From: Tubiluchus corallicola
Lineage: Eukaryota > Animalia > Priapulida
DNA length: 64,000 nucleotides
Assembly: GCA_030141605.1 (NCBI GenBank)
Contig: JAQGDQ010000026.1
Coordinates: forward strand, 992,001-1,056,000
Reading direction: 5' to 3'
The translations under genes and the position numbers were made by a program. The stretch's first letter is position 1; each line of letters begins with the position of its first letter. The notes under the pieces are model-generated. The model was given only the letters and a program-made list of their open reading frames with translations, had not been told where the DNA came from and made no database searches. Below are positions 61,142-64,000 of this stretch, in pieces.

Positions 61142-63254
61142 CACAAATGTAAACATTTTAAATCATGAAAATAATTTTCATGAAATAAAATTACAAGATA
61201 AATAAAATATTGTGCCCTTGATAACTGATATCAAACTATACTGATGCCAAGCAGTACCTATAATACACAACCTTTAATGCAAATCACGTTTTAAAAAATG
61301 ATGACTTCGATGGGTATTTATTGACATATAATATAACTAGGCTAGGCACATAGTATATTCTCTTGCTTAACAGATTAATGTTAAGTCTTGCTGGAGACTC
61401 ATCCTGGAATAAGCCAAAAGTTCAAAACCTAGCAAGTGGCTTTTTTGCATCAAAACAGGCTCAAGATGTTCAGAAGATACATATCGCTATACCTGGCAAC
61501 TTGAATTAAGGGCTGCACTTGCTTGCAGAATATGTAATAACGCTGAGAACGTATTCCAGCTTTTGAACATTTATGACATCGTTAACAACAAAGTTAACAC
61601 AGCAGAGTGTACAAGACATCCCAAACTATTAATGAGAAGGATGAAGGATGAGTACGAGAAACGAATAAGCTAGACGCAAGAGAATAAATTATGAACGAAT
61701 CTGCACATTAAAAATTAGGCATTTTATTAATTACTAATTAGCTAGCTCCTTATCGGCTACATGTCCACTACACAATCAACCTGTTACGCTCAGATGGAAC
61801 TGATCAGAAATCAATCACAAGTAGGAAGCCACGCTAAGGCACAGCTTGTAGGCAGGATTCCCTGCTGTAGTTCTCACAGCAATTAATGCTCAATGGACGT
61901 ATTACTGTAGCCAAGGCGGCGTTTTCCGTTTTCATCCGCACTTGTCAGCATTTACGCGTGTAACTGATGCAAAGTTCTATAAACTGACAGAATGAGGTGA
62001 TTAAAATGATTTATTACGGTTTTATTACAAAATAACCGAACTTCACGAGTGTTCCATAAAGACTGACTTGGAATAACCGAAATACAGGCGTATTCTACAA
62101 AACAATTTTGAGGGATTAAGGTTTGGTTAAGATGACCATAATCGGGAAGAGTTATACAAACTGAGAAATATGACGTGATTAATTTAACCAAATTCAGGAG
62201 TGGTTGTAAGCTCATTCATACACGGCAGCTTTGCAGGGAGAACCTGGGTGTGCAGCGTGTAACTAACCAACACCATTCTAACTCACTAACTACTCAATTC
62301 TCTCTTAAGAGAAGTCATTTTTTCCATGTAGGAACAAAATACTACATTCAACCTTCATCTTGATATAGAGGTCCTAGTGAATAAGTATTGCCTCATATTA
62401 AGTCTCCAATTATAACTCATTATAATTTCATCAAGTAAATTGTCATCCAAATTCCCAATATCCCTTAATGTTACCCATTATTTTAAACACACAGCTCTAT
62501 AGTATTCATTTAAAAAGCATATTTGGTTTTTTAAAAAATTCAAAAGTTTACTTAATTCCGTCATCCAGTAGTAGTACCTTACATTGCTTAAAATGTGTTT
62601 TTCAGCTCATGTGTATAGTACAGAGTGAATGAGTGAGAAAATATTTATTAAAGTGACATGTTAAGGTATTGTTTACCTCCATCATGCATTACAATCATTT
62701 TTATGGTTCTATTAATGACAAAACTTTGAACATAAACCCAGCCATTTAGGTTTACAAGTCACTGCCTACGAAGGAAAAAAGTTTTCATGTGTACACATAG
62801 CAAAATTCATATGGATCATATCATTCTACATATAGTACAAGATTACTTAACAGTTCTAGAAAAGGTTACCTAAACTGACAGTTGCTTATAAATTTCTTTT
62901 TGCCTCTTCTGGTTTGTAGCCTATAAAGTTAAAAATTTTAGTATTCACGAAATTCAATTCAATTCAAATTTTATTTATCCCTCTCAATAAGATTACAAAG
63001 GATATGAAATTATAGCTAGCAAATTATATTAACAAAATAGAGATAGGGTTTTGAAAGACCATGGGTAATCCAAAACCCATTCATCTTCTAAAAGAACCCA
63101 GTTTGGAACTTTATTTCACTGTTTTCTGGGACCTAATTTTCAAATTTTTTTAATGCAGTATATCACAGAATTTTACTTGACAAACTAGGGCATCATGTTA
63201 TTTAAAATAGTTTGAGAATTATTTACAGAAAACGACGTGTTAATTACAATTATG

Positions 63255-63990
63255 CTACATCAGAAAAACTTGTCGTGGAGTCCCTCAGGGGTCCATTTTG
63301 TGACTGCTCTTGTTTTTAGTGTATATAAATGATTTGTCAAATGTGTCAAAAAAACTTGCAGATGACATCAGTATGATATTTTGTTATACTGTGTTGAAAC
63401 TTTATGCAAAATTGTCAATGAAGAAGTGATTAATTTGTCTAACCGGTTTAGTGCTAACAAGCTTTTATTAAATGTTGACATTAATCAAATTTCATACTTT
63501 TTACAGCAAAAAATAAAAATTATGTTAAAAATGATGTAACATAGCTAGATTTACTGAATGGACATATTATAGAACAAGTTGTTAAAACAAAGATTTTCGG
63601 AGTAATAGTAGATGAATCATAATATTATCTTTGAAGCAACAGATAGATTATATTTGTTCTAAACTTAGCAAGGCTCTAGGAATTATAAAAAAAGCAAGTA
63701 AAATTTTGAAAAGAGACTCTTTGGGACAGTTGTATTATATAACTGCCTACCCACATTTTGAAAATTGTAATATTGTGTGGGGCTATGTATATGCTTCTAC
63801 TTTGGACAGGTTAAACAAATTACAAAAAAAGTTAATTAGAATACTCATTTGTATTATAGAGCTCATACAAAATAATGTTTTATTTTAGCAGCTTAATATC
63901 TTAAAAGTTAATGATATTGTATGTACGATAGTTACCTGATGTATTCACATACATTTTAATGGTAGCACATACTTTCTTCTACAATTCACC
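63255..63990 (+). mobile_element. CR1/L2-clade LINE reverse-transcriptase fragment
   Basis: CRGVPQGSIL*LLLFLVYINDL...LADD, then IDYICSKLSKALGII...NIVWG...LNKLQKKLIRI; stops and frameshifts. Confidence 0.8.
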
Positions 63991-64000
63991 GAGTTCTAAA

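Noticed and set aside
62870-62920. AG/GT-bounded segment as the missing upstream exon of GT7 paralogue B
   Set aside because: The frame needed to join exon 61046 (phase 1) contains TAA and no signal anchor is encoded

Overview
AT-rich, intron-containing invertebrate (metazoan) genomic DNA read in the standard genetic code; the taxon cannot be fixed from sequence. Three protein-coding genes can be assembled exon by exon with consistent GT-AG phases: LRRC40 (+, 14 coding exons, 3479-16585, 605 aa) and two convergent GT7-family beta-1,4-glycosyltransferase paralogues (B4GALT/bre-4-like). One is complete on + (6 coding exons, 35144-42413, 352 aa); the other is 5'-truncated on - (5 exons, 61046-47495). 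Between LRRC40 and the first GT7 gene lies an unrecognised spliced minus-strand unit (~28410 to ~17190). Its middle exons join in phase into two short ORFs (80 and 77 aa) separated only by TAG-AAC-ATG. Both GT7 paralogues carry Lys and Leu at the positions equivalent to bovine B4GalT1 Arg228 and Tyr289, which points to HexNAc (GalNAc or GlcNAc) rather than Gal transfer. Introns and spacers contain a Kolobok-like element, a TGT..ACA Ginger-like element, hAT-like MITEs, a fold-back MITE, decayed LINE RT fragments and microsatellites. No tRNA, rRNA or CRISPR features are supported.
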